Assembly (NCBI GenBank): GCA_043822245.1
Contig: JBDRBY010000081.1
Span: forward strand, 10,773-74,772
Length of the DNA stretch: 64,000 bases
Direction of reading: 5' to 3'
Source of the DNA: Candidatus Omnitrophota bacterium
GTDB taxonomy: Bacteria > Omnitrophota > Gorgyraeia > Tantalellales > Tantalellaceae
The position numbers and the translations under genes are program-made. Of this stretch, positions 39,445 to 49,212 are shown one piece after another (position 1 is the first letter of the stretch; each line of letters starts with the position of its first letter). Under the pieces are notes generated by a model. That model worked only from the letters and a program-made list of their open reading frames with translations. It was not told where the DNA came from and made no database searches.

Positions 39445-39893
39445 TGTTCTATGGCGAATATAATCATACATTAGACAAGAAAAACCGGATGATACTTCCG
39501 TCGCGGTTCCGTGTTCCTATTAAAGAAATGGGTATCGAAAAACTGTACATAACACGGGGTTTAGACGAATGTCTTTTTGTGTTCGCGGAAGATGAATGGA
39601 AGGCGCAGGAAAATAAATTCAAAGCAATGCCTTTTACTAAAAAAGAAGTAAGAAAGTTTAAACGGTTGTTTTTTTCAGGAGCTGTTGAAGCCGTGCCGGA
39701 TAAACAGTGGCGCATACTAATTCCGGATTATTTAAAAGAATACGCGTGTTTGTCAAAAAATATAATGATAATCGGGATTTCCAATCGAATAGAGATATGG
39801 GACAAAAAGAAATGGGAAGATTTTTATAAAACTTCAAAAGAGAATTATGAAGATATTGCTGAGAATCTAATAGAGTTAGACCCTAAAGAATAA
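39444..39893 (+). CDS. mraZ: Division/cell-wall cluster transcriptional repressor MraZ
   Basis: 'MFYGEYNHTLDKKNRMILPSRFR', 'DKQWRILIP', 'RIEIW'. Confidence 0.96.
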   Translation: MFYGEYNHTLDKKNRMILPSRFRVPIKEMGIEKLYITRGLDECLFVFAEDEWKAQENKFKAMPFTKKEVRKFKRLFFSGAVEAVPDKQWRILIPDYLKEYACLSKNIMIIGISNRIEIWDKKKWEDFYKTSKENYEDIAENLIELDPKE

Positions 39894-39909
39894 GGGAAGG
39901 AGGTTTGCC

Positions 39910-40098
39910 ATGTATAGGCGTTATGCGGTCAAATTACACGAAAAGCAGGTAGAGTTTGTTAATTGCGTGAACATAACAGAGAGGATTAAAAAGGCTAGAG
40001 CGCTTCCTTCAGGAACTTCGCATTTGGGGGTAGAACGATATGTAGTTTCTTCAGTTAATTCCAATATGATGAAATATGTATCGATGAAAAATTGTTGA
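39910..40098 (+). CDS. Small hypothetical protein
   Basis: GGAGG RBS; 62 aa; no recognisable motif. Confidence 0.35.
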   Translation: MYRRYAVKLHEKQVEFVNCVNITERIKKARALPSGTSHLGVERYVVSSVNSNMMKYVSMKNC

Positions 40099-40139
40099 TA
40101 GTGTCAAAAATAACATGAAAGAATTATGAAAGAAAGAGT

Positions 40140-40330
40140 GAAGTAGTTTCCCTTCTCTTTTTTGAAAAAAGGGCAGATCTTTCCCCCCTTTGAAAAAGGG
40201 GGACAGGGGGATTTGATACAAGATGAACTGTAAAATGAATCTAAAATCAAATGCATATCGATTGTGGAGAGAAATGACAAAATCCCCCTAACCCCCTTTT
40301 TCAAAGGGGGAATTTTAAGGGGGAGGGAAG
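40140..40330. repeat. CCCCCTTT/AAAGGGGG palindrome cluster in opposed orientations
   Basis: TCCCCCCTTTGAAAAAGGGGGACAGGGGGATTT ... AAATCCCCCTAACCCCCTTTTTCAAAGGGGG. Confidence 0.8.
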
Positions 40331-40422
40331 TTAATCTTAGATAACTGCTTTAAATGCAAAGGATTAAGAAAAATTTGGATACAAACTTTTGACAATACCA
40401 AATTGTTTATAAGGGAGGAGTA

Positions 40423-40608
40423 ATGAAAAAGTATTTGCAGGCGTGTGAATTAGGCGGATCGATTTATGGAAGAAAACGTACGGCCGCCAGGTCCGGCAGA
40501 TCAAGTAAAAGCTCCACAAGGAAAAAAACTAATCTTTTGAATGACTATGACAATCTTTATAAAAATCAATTTAGCCTTATGAGCAGGATTTTTCGGCGCG
40601 CGAAATAA
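40423..40608 (+). CDS. Small basic hypothetical protein
   Basis: AAGGGAGGAG RBS; ends 8 nt before rsmH. Confidence 0.4.
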   Translation: MKKYLQACELGGSIYGRKRTAARSGRSSKSSTRKKTNLLNDYDNLYKNQFSLMSRIFRRAK

Positions 40609-40616
40609 TTTATTTT

Positions 40617-41513
40617 ATGAACTCTGAACTAAAACACATTCCGGTTCTTTGCCAGGAAATTATGGGGTATCTGAAGCTAAATCAGGGGGACACTGTTTTT
40701 GACGCGACCCTTGGCGGCGGCGGACACGCGGGGGAAATATTAAAAAAGATAATTCCCGAAGGTATTCTTATAGCCGTTGATAGAGATATAGAAGCGATCG
40801 AAAGAGTTAAGTTTGGATTAAAGCAGTATGAGGGAAGTATTATTTACGCGAATGACAGTTTTAGAAATATTGACCAGATTTTAAGACGAGAGCGTATAAC
40901 AGAGCTTGACTCAGCCGTGTTTGACTTGGGGATGTCGTCTTTCCAGATAGATGACGCTGAGAGAGGTTTTAGCTTTTTAAAAGACGGCCCTTTGGATATG
41001 AGATTTGATAAATCTCAAGAGCTCTCAGCCGTGGAAGTTGTAAACAAGTTTGGCATGGAAAAACTCGCGGATATCATAAAAGAGTACGGCGAAGAGAGGC
41101 ACGCGAAACTTATAGCGTCCGCTGTAGCGGTAGCCCGGAAGAAAAAACGGATAAGTACTACCGGCGAGTTGAAAGAAGTAATTTATCAGGCGGTGGGAAG
41201 GAAATATTCAAGACAAAAATTGAATCCGGCGGCGAGGACTTTTCAGGCGCTCAGGATTTATGTGAATGACGAACTTGAGGCTATAGAGGATGCTGTGGCC
41301 AAAACAATTTCTTATTTAAAGCCAAATGGCAGAATTTGTGTGATATCGTTTCATTCTTTGGAAGACAGGATAGTAAAAAACATTTTTCGAAATAAACAAA
41401 GAGAAAAGGAGATTTCTGTTATAACGAAGAAACCGATTTATCCGTCTCGTGAAGAGATAGCGGTAAATCACAGATCGAGGAGCGCGAAATTGCGCGTAGC
41501 AGAAAAACTGTAA
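40617..41513 (+). CDS. rsmH: 16S rRNA m4C1402 methyltransferase
   Basis: 'HIPVL', 'DATLGGGGH', 'DLGMSS', 'PLDMR', 'SFHSLEDR', 'RSRSAKLR'. Confidence 0.97.
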   Translation: MNSELKHIPVLCQEIMGYLKLNQGDTVFDATLGGGGHAGEILKKIIPEGILIAVDRDIEAIERVKFGLKQYEGSIIYANDSFRNIDQILRRERITELDSAVFDLGMSSFQIDDAERGFSFLKDGPLDMRFDKSQELSAVEVVNKFGMEKLADIIKEYGEERHAKLIASAVAVARKKKRISTTGELKEVIYQAVGRKYSRQKLNPAARTFQALRIYVNDELEAIEDAVAKTISYLKPNGRICVISFHSLEDRIVKNIFRNKQREKEISVITKKPIYPSREEIAVNHRSRSAKLRVAEKL

Positions 41514-41875
41514 TGAGATTATACAAGATTGTATTCACAGGTATTTTTGTAACAATAATCGCGATGGTTCTGGTGCATCAGCGTGTCGAAATAGTTAAAC
41601 AAGGCTACGTGTCGCAGAAAAATGGGAACGTTTTATCCTCTTTAATTGACCAAAATAAAGGCCTAACATACAACCTGTCCAAGATAGAGTCGCCTTCTCA
41701 TCTTTTGGCCTCGCTTGGCGCGGAAGAGATAGAATTCGCGAAATACAGGACACGACAAACAAATATTTGCCCGTCTCGTCGCCTCAATCCCGATATTGGT
41801 GGTACCAGCGGGGGTTTTATGGGAAAGTTGCTTGATGTTTTCACATTAAACGCTGAAGCAAGACCCCAAGATTAA
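41513..41875 (+). CDS. ftsL: Cell division protein FtsL-like
   Basis: TM helix plus coiled coil, positioned between rsmH and ftsI. Confidence 0.6.
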   Translation: MRLYKIVFTGIFVTIIAMVLVHQRVEIVKQGYVSQKNGNVLSSLIDQNKGLTYNLSKIESPSHLLASLGAEEIEFAKYRTRQTNICPSRRLNPDIGGTSGGFMGKLLDVFTLNAEARPQD

Positions 41876-41898
41876 ACTAAAACATAGCGAGAGGATAA

Positions 41899-43605
41899 AT
41901 GTTTAAGTTACGCCAATGTCTGGCATTTCTCTTTTTTATATCTTTTCTTTTTTTCTTGCTTATCAGGTTGTTTTATTTACAGATTCTCAAATCTGAGAAA
42001 TTCTCGGAAATGGCCGCGGATCAGCACAATAAGATTGATAGAATAGAGCCCATTAGAGGAATAATATTTGACCGGTATAGGGATTCAGTAGCCGTAAATC
42101 TTGATGTGCCAAGTGTGTGTTGTAATCCTAGAGTTGTAAAAGACAAAAATCAGCTCAGCAATGTTTTAAAGGAAAAGTTGAATGTTGAAAAAAATGTAAT
42201 TCTCGAAAAGTTACATAAGGATAAGGCTTTTATCTGGATAAAAAGAAAAGTTACTCCTGAAGAAGCGGAAAAAATAAAAGCCCTAAAGATTGCTGGTGTT
42301 GAAATTGTCGCCGAAAGTGAAAGGCATTATCCGAATGACAGTTTAGCCGCGCATGTTATAGGTTTCGTAGGGCTGGATAATCAGGGGCTGGAAGGACTGG
42401 AGCTGTTGTTCAATAAAGAACTTACGGGAAAACCAGGATGGAGGCATGTAATTCGTGACGCTTGGCAAAGGCCGGTTATTTTTAATGAAGAGCAGTCTAT
42501 CCCTCCGCGAAATGGTTATTACCTTGTGTTAACGATAGACAGTGTAATACAATATATCGTGGAGCAGGAGTTAGAATGCATGGCCAAGGCGCATAATGTT
42601 TCGAGCGCGTCTTGTGTTGTTATGGATCCATCTTCCGGTGAAATTCTGGCAATGGCGAACTATCCGGCCTATAACCTCAACTTATTTTCTAAGACGCCGC
42701 AAAAGGTGATGAAAAATACAGCCGTTACTGATGTATATGAGCCCGGCAGTGTATTTAAAATAGTTGCCGCGAGCGCGATTTTAAATGAAGGAAAGGCTAG
42801 CCTTGACACGCGTTTTTATTGTGAAAACGGAAGTTATAATGTGGCAGGCCGTGTTTTACACGATTATCACAGGTATGGGGATCTCTCGTTTAGAGATGTA
42901 ATTGCCAGATCAAGTAATATTGGTGTGGTTAAGGCCAGCCAGAGAATAGACAAAAAAAAGCTTTGCGAATATATCTTCAGGTTTGGATTTGGGGAAAAAA
43001 CAGGAATTGATTTACCCGGAGAATCAAGCGGCATAGTCCGGCGGGCTGAAGAGTGGTCCAAGAGTGACATAAGCACAATTCCCATTGGCCAAGGGATAGC
43101 GGTTACCCCTCTGCAGTTAGTTTGTGCCGTAAGCGTTATCGCTAACGGAGGGTATTTGATGCGGCCTTACATTGTTGATTGCGTTATCTCAGAAGAAGAG
43201 GATGTGTATAGACAAAATAAGCGTGAGTTAAGACGCAAGGTTTTGGAAGTAAAAACATGTGAAGATATGAAAGACGCGTTGCAATGTGTAATGACTTTGG
43301 GAACGGGCAAAAAAGCGTACTCGAAGCTTTATGAAGCGTGCGGAAAGACAGGCACAGCTCAAATGGTGAATCCGGCGGGAGGATATTATTCAAATAAGTA
43401 CGACGCGAGCTTTATTGGATTCGCGCCGAAAGAAAAACCTGTTATTAGTGTTGCTATTGTAGCGAGGAATCCTCATCCGGTATATTTTGGCGGCAGTGTT
43501 GCCGGGCCTGTTTTTAAAAAAATAGTAGAACGCACGCTTCAGTATTTGGAATTGAATTCGGCACAGCTAACCGGTAGTAGTTCTTCCAGTGAGACTGTGT
43601 CGTAA
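41899..43605 (+). CDS. ftsI: Class B penicillin-binding protein (FtsI)
   Basis: 'RGIIFDR', SxxK 'PGSVFK', SxN 'SSN', 'KTGT'. Confidence 0.93.
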   Translation: MFKLRQCLAFLFFISFLFFLLIRLFYLQILKSEKFSEMAADQHNKIDRIEPIRGIIFDRYRDSVAVNLDVPSVCCNPRVVKDKNQLSNVLKEKLNVEKNVILEKLHKDKAFIWIKRKVTPEEAEKIKALKIAGVEIVAESERHYPNDSLAAHVIGFVGLDNQGLEGLELLFNKELTGKPGWRHVIRDAWQRPVIFNEEQSIPPRNGYYLVLTIDSVIQYIVEQELECMAKAHNVSSASCVVMDPSSGEILAMANYPAYNLNLFSKTPQKVMKNTAVTDVYEPGSVFKIVAASAILNEGKASLDTRFYCENGSYNVAGRVLHDYHRYGDLSFRDVIARSSNIGVVKASQRIDKKKLCEYIFRFGFGEKTGIDLPGESSGIVRRAEEWSKSDISTIPIGQGIAVTPLQLVCAVSVIANGGYLMRPYIVDCVISEEEDVYRQNKRELRRKVLEVKTCEDMKDALQCVMTLGTGKKAYSKLYEACGKTGTAQMVNPAGGYYSNKYDASFIGFAPKEKPVISVAIVARNPHPVYFGGSVAGPVFKKIVERTLQYLELNSAQLTGSSSSSETVS

Positions 43606-43680
43606 TCAATGGCCGGAATTCCCGCGCAAAATCCCCGAAGGGGGAAAGCGGGAATCTATGATATGAAATGAAGCGCAAAT

Positions 43681-45132
43681 ATGAAAAATTCAGATTTATT
43701 TAAAAAAGTACCGTTTTTAAAAGAAAACGTTAAAACAGATTCAAGGTTGGTTACACAGGGAGATATCTTTGTTGCCATAAAAGGGCCGCTTCAGGACGGA
43801 CATAAGTACATCCCTGAGGTTTTCAGAAAAGGTGCCGGGTATGTTTTGAGTGAAGTTCAAATACCGGATTTGACAAAAGAACAAACGAAAAAGCTTATAA
43901 TTGTTAAAGATACCCGGAAAACGTTGGGAAGGGTAGCGGCATATATTTTTAATAATCCGTCAGAATCTCTTTTAGTGTATGGCGTTACTGGAACAAATGG
44001 AAAAACAACCACGGTATTTTTAATAGACAAAATTTTAAATACCGCTGGTTTATCAGCAGGCTTCATAAGTACGGTTTTTACAAAAAGCAAAAAAGATTTA
44101 TTATGTCCATCCTCTATGACAACTCCGGATGTAATAACACTTAACAGTCTTTTGTCGGAAATGGTTATGGATGGCAAGAAAGCGGCTGTTATTGAAATAT
44201 CAAGCCACGCTCTAAGCCAGAAAAGAACGTATGGAATTAGATTAGACAGCGCGGTTTTTACAAATATATCGCCTGAGCATCTTGATTATCATAAGAATAT
44301 GAAGGCCTACTTAAAGGATAAATCAAAGATTTTTCAATATTTGAAACCAGGCGGGTTGGCAGTAATAAACGTGGATAATCCTATGTGTTGTGAATTAAAA
44401 AAAAGCATAAAGGCCCCGAATCTTGTAACTTTTGGAATTAATAATAAGTCAGATGTTAGCGCGAAAAATATCAAGATGAGCAAGAATAAGACAGAGTTTA
44501 TTTTGACTTTAAAACAAATTGGGTCGATAGAAATCCGCAGTAAACTTATTGGGAAACACAATGTTTACAATATGCTCTCAGCCGCGGCCGCGCTCATAAC
44601 AAGCGGACTCGATTTAAAGCGAATAAAGGACGGGTTAGAAGCCAGTTTCGGCGTACCGGGCCGATTAGAAAAGATTTCCGGGAATTTTCCTTTTAGAGTT
44701 TTTGTGGATTATGCTCATACTCCAAACGCGTTGGAAAATGTTTTGAGCGCTTTACGGCCTTTAACGGAGAAGAGGCTTATTTGCGTGTTTGGATGCGGGG
44801 GCAATCGTGATAAAACAAAAAGGGAAATAATGGGACAAGTCGCGTCTAAAATGTGCGATTATGCTATCCTGACAAATGATAATCCCAGATTCGAGGACCC
44901 TCGAAGCATATTGGATCAGATTGAAAAAGGCATGTCTTGTAAGGGCCATTATAGTATAATACCGGAGAGAAGAGGCGCGATTAAAGAAGCTTTGCGTATC
45001 GCGCGTAAAAATGATGTGGTAGTAATAGCGGGCAAAGGTCATGAAAATTATCAGATTATAAAAGATGAAACAAATCCTTTTAGTGATAAGATGACCGCGG
45101 AAGAACTTCTTAGAGAGATGGGATATGAGTAG
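43681..45132 (+). CDS. murE: UDP-MurNAc-dipeptide:meso-DAP ligase
   Basis: 'GTNGKTT', 'DYAHTP', DAP-specific 'DNPR', 'AGKGHE'. Confidence 0.96.
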   Translation: MKNSDLFKKVPFLKENVKTDSRLVTQGDIFVAIKGPLQDGHKYIPEVFRKGAGYVLSEVQIPDLTKEQTKKLIIVKDTRKTLGRVAAYIFNNPSESLLVYGVTGTNGKTTTVFLIDKILNTAGLSAGFISTVFTKSKKDLLCPSSMTTPDVITLNSLLSEMVMDGKKAAVIEISSHALSQKRTYGIRLDSAVFTNISPEHLDYHKNMKAYLKDKSKIFQYLKPGGLAVINVDNPMCCELKKSIKAPNLVTFGINNKSDVSAKNIKMSKNKTEFILTLKQIGSIEIRSKLIGKHNVYNMLSAAAALITSGLDLKRIKDGLEASFGVPGRLEKISGNFPFRVFVDYAHTPNALENVLSALRPLTEKRLICVFGCGGNRDKTKREIMGQVASKMCDYAILTNDNPRFEDPRSILDQIEKGMSCKGHYSIIPERRGAIKEALRIARKNDVVVIAGKGHENYQIIKDETNPFSDKMTAEELLREMGYE

Positions 45133-46513
45133 AGTCACAATAAAACAAATTGCTAAAATAACAGATGGAGAGCTTTTTTCAAAAAATCCTTTAGAAATTT
45201 TAGTAAAAAGTTTTTCCATAGATTCAAGAACTATCGAGCCTGGTCAGTTTTTTATAGCGGTAAAAGGAGAAAATTTTGACGGGCATAATTTTGTTGAGGA
45301 AGCCGCGGCAAAGGGCGCGGCGGGTTTTATTATTGAAGGCCCGGCCGGGGCGGGGTTAGCTAAGAAAGCTGTTCATATCATTCAAGTAAAGAATACCCTG
45401 AAGGCTATGGGCGACATCGCGTCTGAGATAAGATCTTGCGCGGAATTACCGGTAATATGTGTAATCGGAAGTAATGGAAAAACCACAGTAAAGGATATGC
45501 TCTCCGGTATGCTTTCTTCCAAGTACAAAGTGTTAGCGAGTAAACGCTCGTATAACAATCTAATAGGGCTAAGCTTAACCTTATTTGGAATGAATCCTTC
45601 GTGTGAAGCGGTGGTTTTAGAATTGGGAACCAATTCTCCGGGAGAGATTTTGAATCTGTCGCGAATTGCCAGGCCGGATGTCGTGGTTGTTACTAATATC
45701 GGAAGCGCTCATTTAGGCGCTTTTGGCAGTAAAGGAAAAATTTTTGAAGAAAAGATAAGTATTCTAAATTCTTTGTCTTCAAAAGGGGCATTTTTTTTTA
45801 ACAAGGATGATTCTTTGTTATCCGCCATCAGATCCCGGCAATATAATTTTTTGACACAGTGTTATGGAAGAACCTCAGGCAGTGATTTTTTGATTTCCCG
45901 GATTTTACAAAAAAAAGAGGGATCTGAATTTTTTCTTGGGAAAAACAAGTTTTATGTTCCTTTTCCCGGACTGCATAATGTTTACAACGCGTCGGCGGCA
46001 ATAGCATCAGCCCTGTATATGGGAGTTCAAATTCGAGAGATACAAAAGGCTTTAAAATGTGTCAAGCTTCCTGATATGCGTATGGCCAACGCGCGGGTTG
46101 ATAAGGTAAGGTTTATCAATGATTCTTACAACGCCAGCCCTGAGTCTTTTGAATGCGCTCTTAATGTTTTGCAAGAGAATCAAAAAGGTTTTTTGAAAGG
46201 TGTTGTCACAGGCGGAATGCTGGAGTTGGGCCCCAAAACAAAAGAGTTTCATAGAAAAATCGGACAGAGTATCGCGGCCAGAGGTATAAACTTTCTCATA
46301 GTGGTAGGAGATTTGGCAAAAGATATCGCGTCCGGCGCGCTCCGGAAAGGAATGTCAAAAAAACAGGTTTTTTACGCGGACAGCCATATGGACGCGGCTC
46401 GAAAAATTCAAAACCTGGAAGAAGGGCGGGAAAAAGTAGTTCTGTTAAAAGGTTCGCGCGAAACAAGAATGGAGGAAGTTCTCAAATGTTTTACCATGTT
46501 TTATACCCGCTGA
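45125..46513 (+). CDS. murF: UDP-MurNAc-tripeptide:D-Ala-D-Ala ligase
   Basis: 'GSNGKTTVK', 'NDSYNASP', 'MLELG', 'KGSR'. Confidence 0.95.
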   Translation: MSRVTIKQIAKITDGELFSKNPLEILVKSFSIDSRTIEPGQFFIAVKGENFDGHNFVEEAAAKGAAGFIIEGPAGAGLAKKAVHIIQVKNTLKAMGDIASEIRSCAELPVICVIGSNGKTTVKDMLSGMLSSKYKVLASKRSYNNLIGLSLTLFGMNPSCEAVVLELGTNSPGEILNLSRIARPDVVVVTNIGSAHLGAFGSKGKIFEEKISILNSLSSKGAFFFNKDDSLLSAIRSRQYNFLTQCYGRTSGSDFLISRILQKKEGSEFFLGKNKFYVPFPGLHNVYNASAAIASALYMGVQIREIQKALKCVKLPDMRMANARVDKVRFINDSYNASPESFECALNVLQENQKGFLKGVVTGGMLELGPKTKEFHRKIGQSIAARGINFLIVVGDLAKDIASGALRKGMSKKQVFYADSHMDAARKIQNLEEGREKVVLLKGSRETRMEEVLKCFTMFYTR

Positions 46514-47574
46514 AGGAGTTTTGGTTTGGATTTAACGTGTTTAAGTACATTACGTTTCGTGCCAGTATGGCGGCGATTACATCTTTTGCCGTATGTGTTA
46601 TTTTCGGCCCTATTCTCATAAAATGGCTGAAAAAAGCAGACGCAAAACAGTACGTCAGAAAAGAGCATGTGAGAAATCTATATGACCTTCATAAACATAA
46701 AGAAGGAACACCAACCATGGGAGGGCTTTTAATTATTTTTGCCGTTGCTGTAAGCAGTTTGTTATGGTGCCGCCTGGATAATGATTACGTCCTGCTTGTG
46801 CTTAGCGGTATGATTTGGCTGGGTATTGTTGGCTGTGTAGATGATATGCTGAAGATACGGAATAAAAGCTCTAAAGGTCTGCAGGCTATAACAAAGTTAG
46901 TTGGACAAATAACTTTGGCCTTAATTGTAGGACTTTTTGTGATAAACAATGAACACATAGGACCGGGTTTATATCTGCCCTTTGTTAAAAACGCTATCGC
47001 GAATTTGGGTATATTTTACCTATTGTTTGTTCTGGTGGTTATCGTAGGCACGTCCAACGCGGTAAATCTTACGGATGGCCTTGACGGCCTGGCAATCGGA
47101 TGTGTTGTTTTTATAACCATGACATACGCTCTTATAAGCTACATTACTGGACATGTGGAAATGAGCAAATATTTGCAGGTTTTTTATCTCGCGGGCGCGG
47201 GCGAAATAACCGTTTTTTGCGCGGCATTAACCGGCGCGGGGTTAGGATTTTTGTGGTTTAATTCATATCCCGCGAGTATTTTTATGGGAGACACCGGATC
47301 TCTTTCTTTGGGTGGGGTTATCGCGATCATAAGCGTTTTATTGAAAAAAGAGGTTTTATTGCTCATTGTTGGAGGAGTTCTTACGTTGGAAGCAGTGTCG
47401 GTTATTTTGCAGGTAGGTTCGTACAAATTGAGGAAGAAAAGAATATTTCTTATGGCGCCTATTCATCACCATTTCCAGCTAAAAGGATGGCACGAAGCTA
47501 AAGTTACCATAAGGTTTTTGATTGTAGCCGCCATTCTCGCCGTTTTGAGTATGGCAACACTAAAAGTCCGATAA
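46486..47574 (+). CDS. mraY: Phospho-MurNAc-pentapeptide transferase
   Basis: 'GTPTMGG', 'NAVNLTDGLDGLA', 'FMGDTGS', 'APIHHHF'. Confidence 0.97.
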   Translation: MFYHVLYPLKEFWFGFNVFKYITFRASMAAITSFAVCVIFGPILIKWLKKADAKQYVRKEHVRNLYDLHKHKEGTPTMGGLLIIFAVAVSSLLWCRLDNDYVLLVLSGMIWLGIVGCVDDMLKIRNKSSKGLQAITKLVGQITLALIVGLFVINNEHIGPGLYLPFVKNAIANLGIFYLLFVLVVIVGTSNAVNLTDGLDGLAIGCVVFITMTYALISYITGHVEMSKYLQVFYLAGAGEITVFCAALTGAGLGFLWFNSYPASIFMGDTGSLSLGGVIAIISVLLKKEVLLLIVGGVLTLEAVSVILQVGSYKLRKKRIFLMAPIHHHFQLKGWHEAKVTIRFLIVAAILAVLSMATLKVR

Positions 47575-47669
47575 GCAAAACCAATTCCCTCCTTTTTTTC
47601 AATGGAGGAATTGGTATGAAATTCCCCCCTTTGAAAAAGGGGGACAGGGGGATTTTATCCACGAAAAAA

Positions 47670-48983
47670 ATGAACATAATTAACGTAAAAAACAAAAAGG
47701 TTCTTGTGCTTGGGCTTGGCGTGAGCGGGTATGCCGCGGCAAAACTTTTGACTGAGAGGGGAGCAAAGGTAAAGGTAAGTGAGGCTTCTGATAACGGCGC
47801 GGTTCAAGATTATTCTGGAAAATTACAACAATACTCAATTCCGTGTGAAATGGGCGGACATACCAAAGGTTTTTGCGAAGACGCGGAAATTGTCGTTATA
47901 AGCCCCGGTATTTCTTTGTCCAAGGTAGAGTTGTCCAAGATACTTCATAGAAATGCCGCCATAATGGGAGAATTAGAATTAGGTTTTCTGTTTTGCCGCG
48001 CGCCGATAATCGCGATAACAGGAACTAATGGCAAGAGCACGGTAACAAAGCTTATCGGTAATATTCTTTCTGTCGGCGGTAGGCACACGGTAGTTAGCGG
48101 AAATATTGGTAATCCGCTAAGCGGTGAAGTAGATTTGCTTACAGAAACAAGCCTGGCAGTGGTAGAAGTAAGTTCTTTTCAGCTGGAAACTATAAAACAT
48201 TTTAAACCGTATATTGCCGTTCTTTTAAATGTTACCGAAGACCACTATGAAAGACACACGAATTATGATGAGTACAAGGCCGTGAAATTCAAAATCTTTG
48301 AAAACCAAACGTCAGATGATTGGGCGGTTTTGCATCCTTGTTTTCGGGGCGATGAGTTGCTGAGCGAGATAAAATGCCGGTGCTTATTTTACGAAGCGCG
48401 CCAGGACAAAATTATAGAAGATATCATAAAATCCGGTGAAATGCCTCTTAAAGGCGTGCACAACATAGATAATGCCGCCTGTGCCGCGGTTGTCGCGAGA
48501 ATCGCTGGTATAGACGACAACGCGATACGTGATGGCATAAAAAACTTTACGGCTTTAGATCATCGTTTTGAAACAATAAAAGAATTTAACGGAATAGAGT
48601 TTATTGATGATTCAAAAGCTACGAATATTGACGCCGCGTATCAAGCGCTTAAATCAATGGACAAAAAAACTATTCTTATTGCAGGCGGCAGGGATAAAGG
48701 AGGCGATTATCTCTCGATTTTGCCTATGGTAAAAGAAAAAGTAAGAGTCATGGTTGTTATGGGCGAGAGCGCTTCAAAAATAAAGAACGCCTTTAAAGAT
48801 GTTCTTGTCGTGCGTACGGCAAAAGACATGAAAGAAGCAGTTACTATCGCCTACAGCGAAGCAAAAAAAGGCGAAGCCGTCATCCTCTCCCCCATGTGCT
48901 CAAGTTTCGATATGTTTTCAAGCTACAAAGAGAGGGGACAAGTTTTTAGAAAAGAAGTTAATTCGTTGACGGTTGACTGTTGA
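47670..48983 (+). CDS. murD: UDP-MurNAc-L-Ala:D-Glu ligase
   Basis: 'GTNGKST', 'EVSSFQL', 'DDSKATN', 'SFDMF'. Start moved to 47670 because the upstream extension is a palindromic repeat. Confidence 0.95.
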   Translation: MNIINVKNKKVLVLGLGVSGYAAAKLLTERGAKVKVSEASDNGAVQDYSGKLQQYSIPCEMGGHTKGFCEDAEIVVISPGISLSKVELSKILHRNAAIMGELELGFLFCRAPIIAITGTNGKSTVTKLIGNILSVGGRHTVVSGNIGNPLSGEVDLLTETSLAVVEVSSFQLETIKHFKPYIAVLLNVTEDHYERHTNYDEYKAVKFKIFENQTSDDWAVLHPCFRGDELLSEIKCRCLFYEARQDKIIEDIIKSGEMPLKGVHNIDNAACAAVVARIAGIDDNAIRDGIKNFTALDHRFETIKEFNGIEFIDDSKATNIDAAYQALKSMDKKTILIAGGRDKGGDYLSILPMVKEKVRVMVVMGESASKIKNAFKDVLVVRTAKDMKEAVTIAYSEAKKGEAVILSPMCSSFDMFSSYKERGQVFRKEVNSLTVDC

Positions 48984-49081
48984 TTTGTTGTATTTGTTTA
49001 GTTGTACAGAATAAGCTTTTACGCGAACCAGAGGCGAATGGCCGCATTCCGCGCGCTTCACGATTTGCCTGTTATTTTTTA

Positions 49082-49119
49082 AGATTGCTTCGTCGCGAAA
49101 AGCGCTCCTCGCAATGACA
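49082..49119. repeat. RPE-like half element (GATTGCTTCG...CTCGCAATGACA)
   Basis: Same family as the in-frame TGTCATTGCGAG...GAAGCAATCT insert in nfnB. Confidence 0.7.
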
Positions 49120-49212
49120 CTTTTCGTGGTGAGACGGTCATCTTAACGAAACTTGTTGCAACGGATCAACGGCCAACAGCCAACGGACAAACGAACTAAC
49201 GGTCAACGACTT

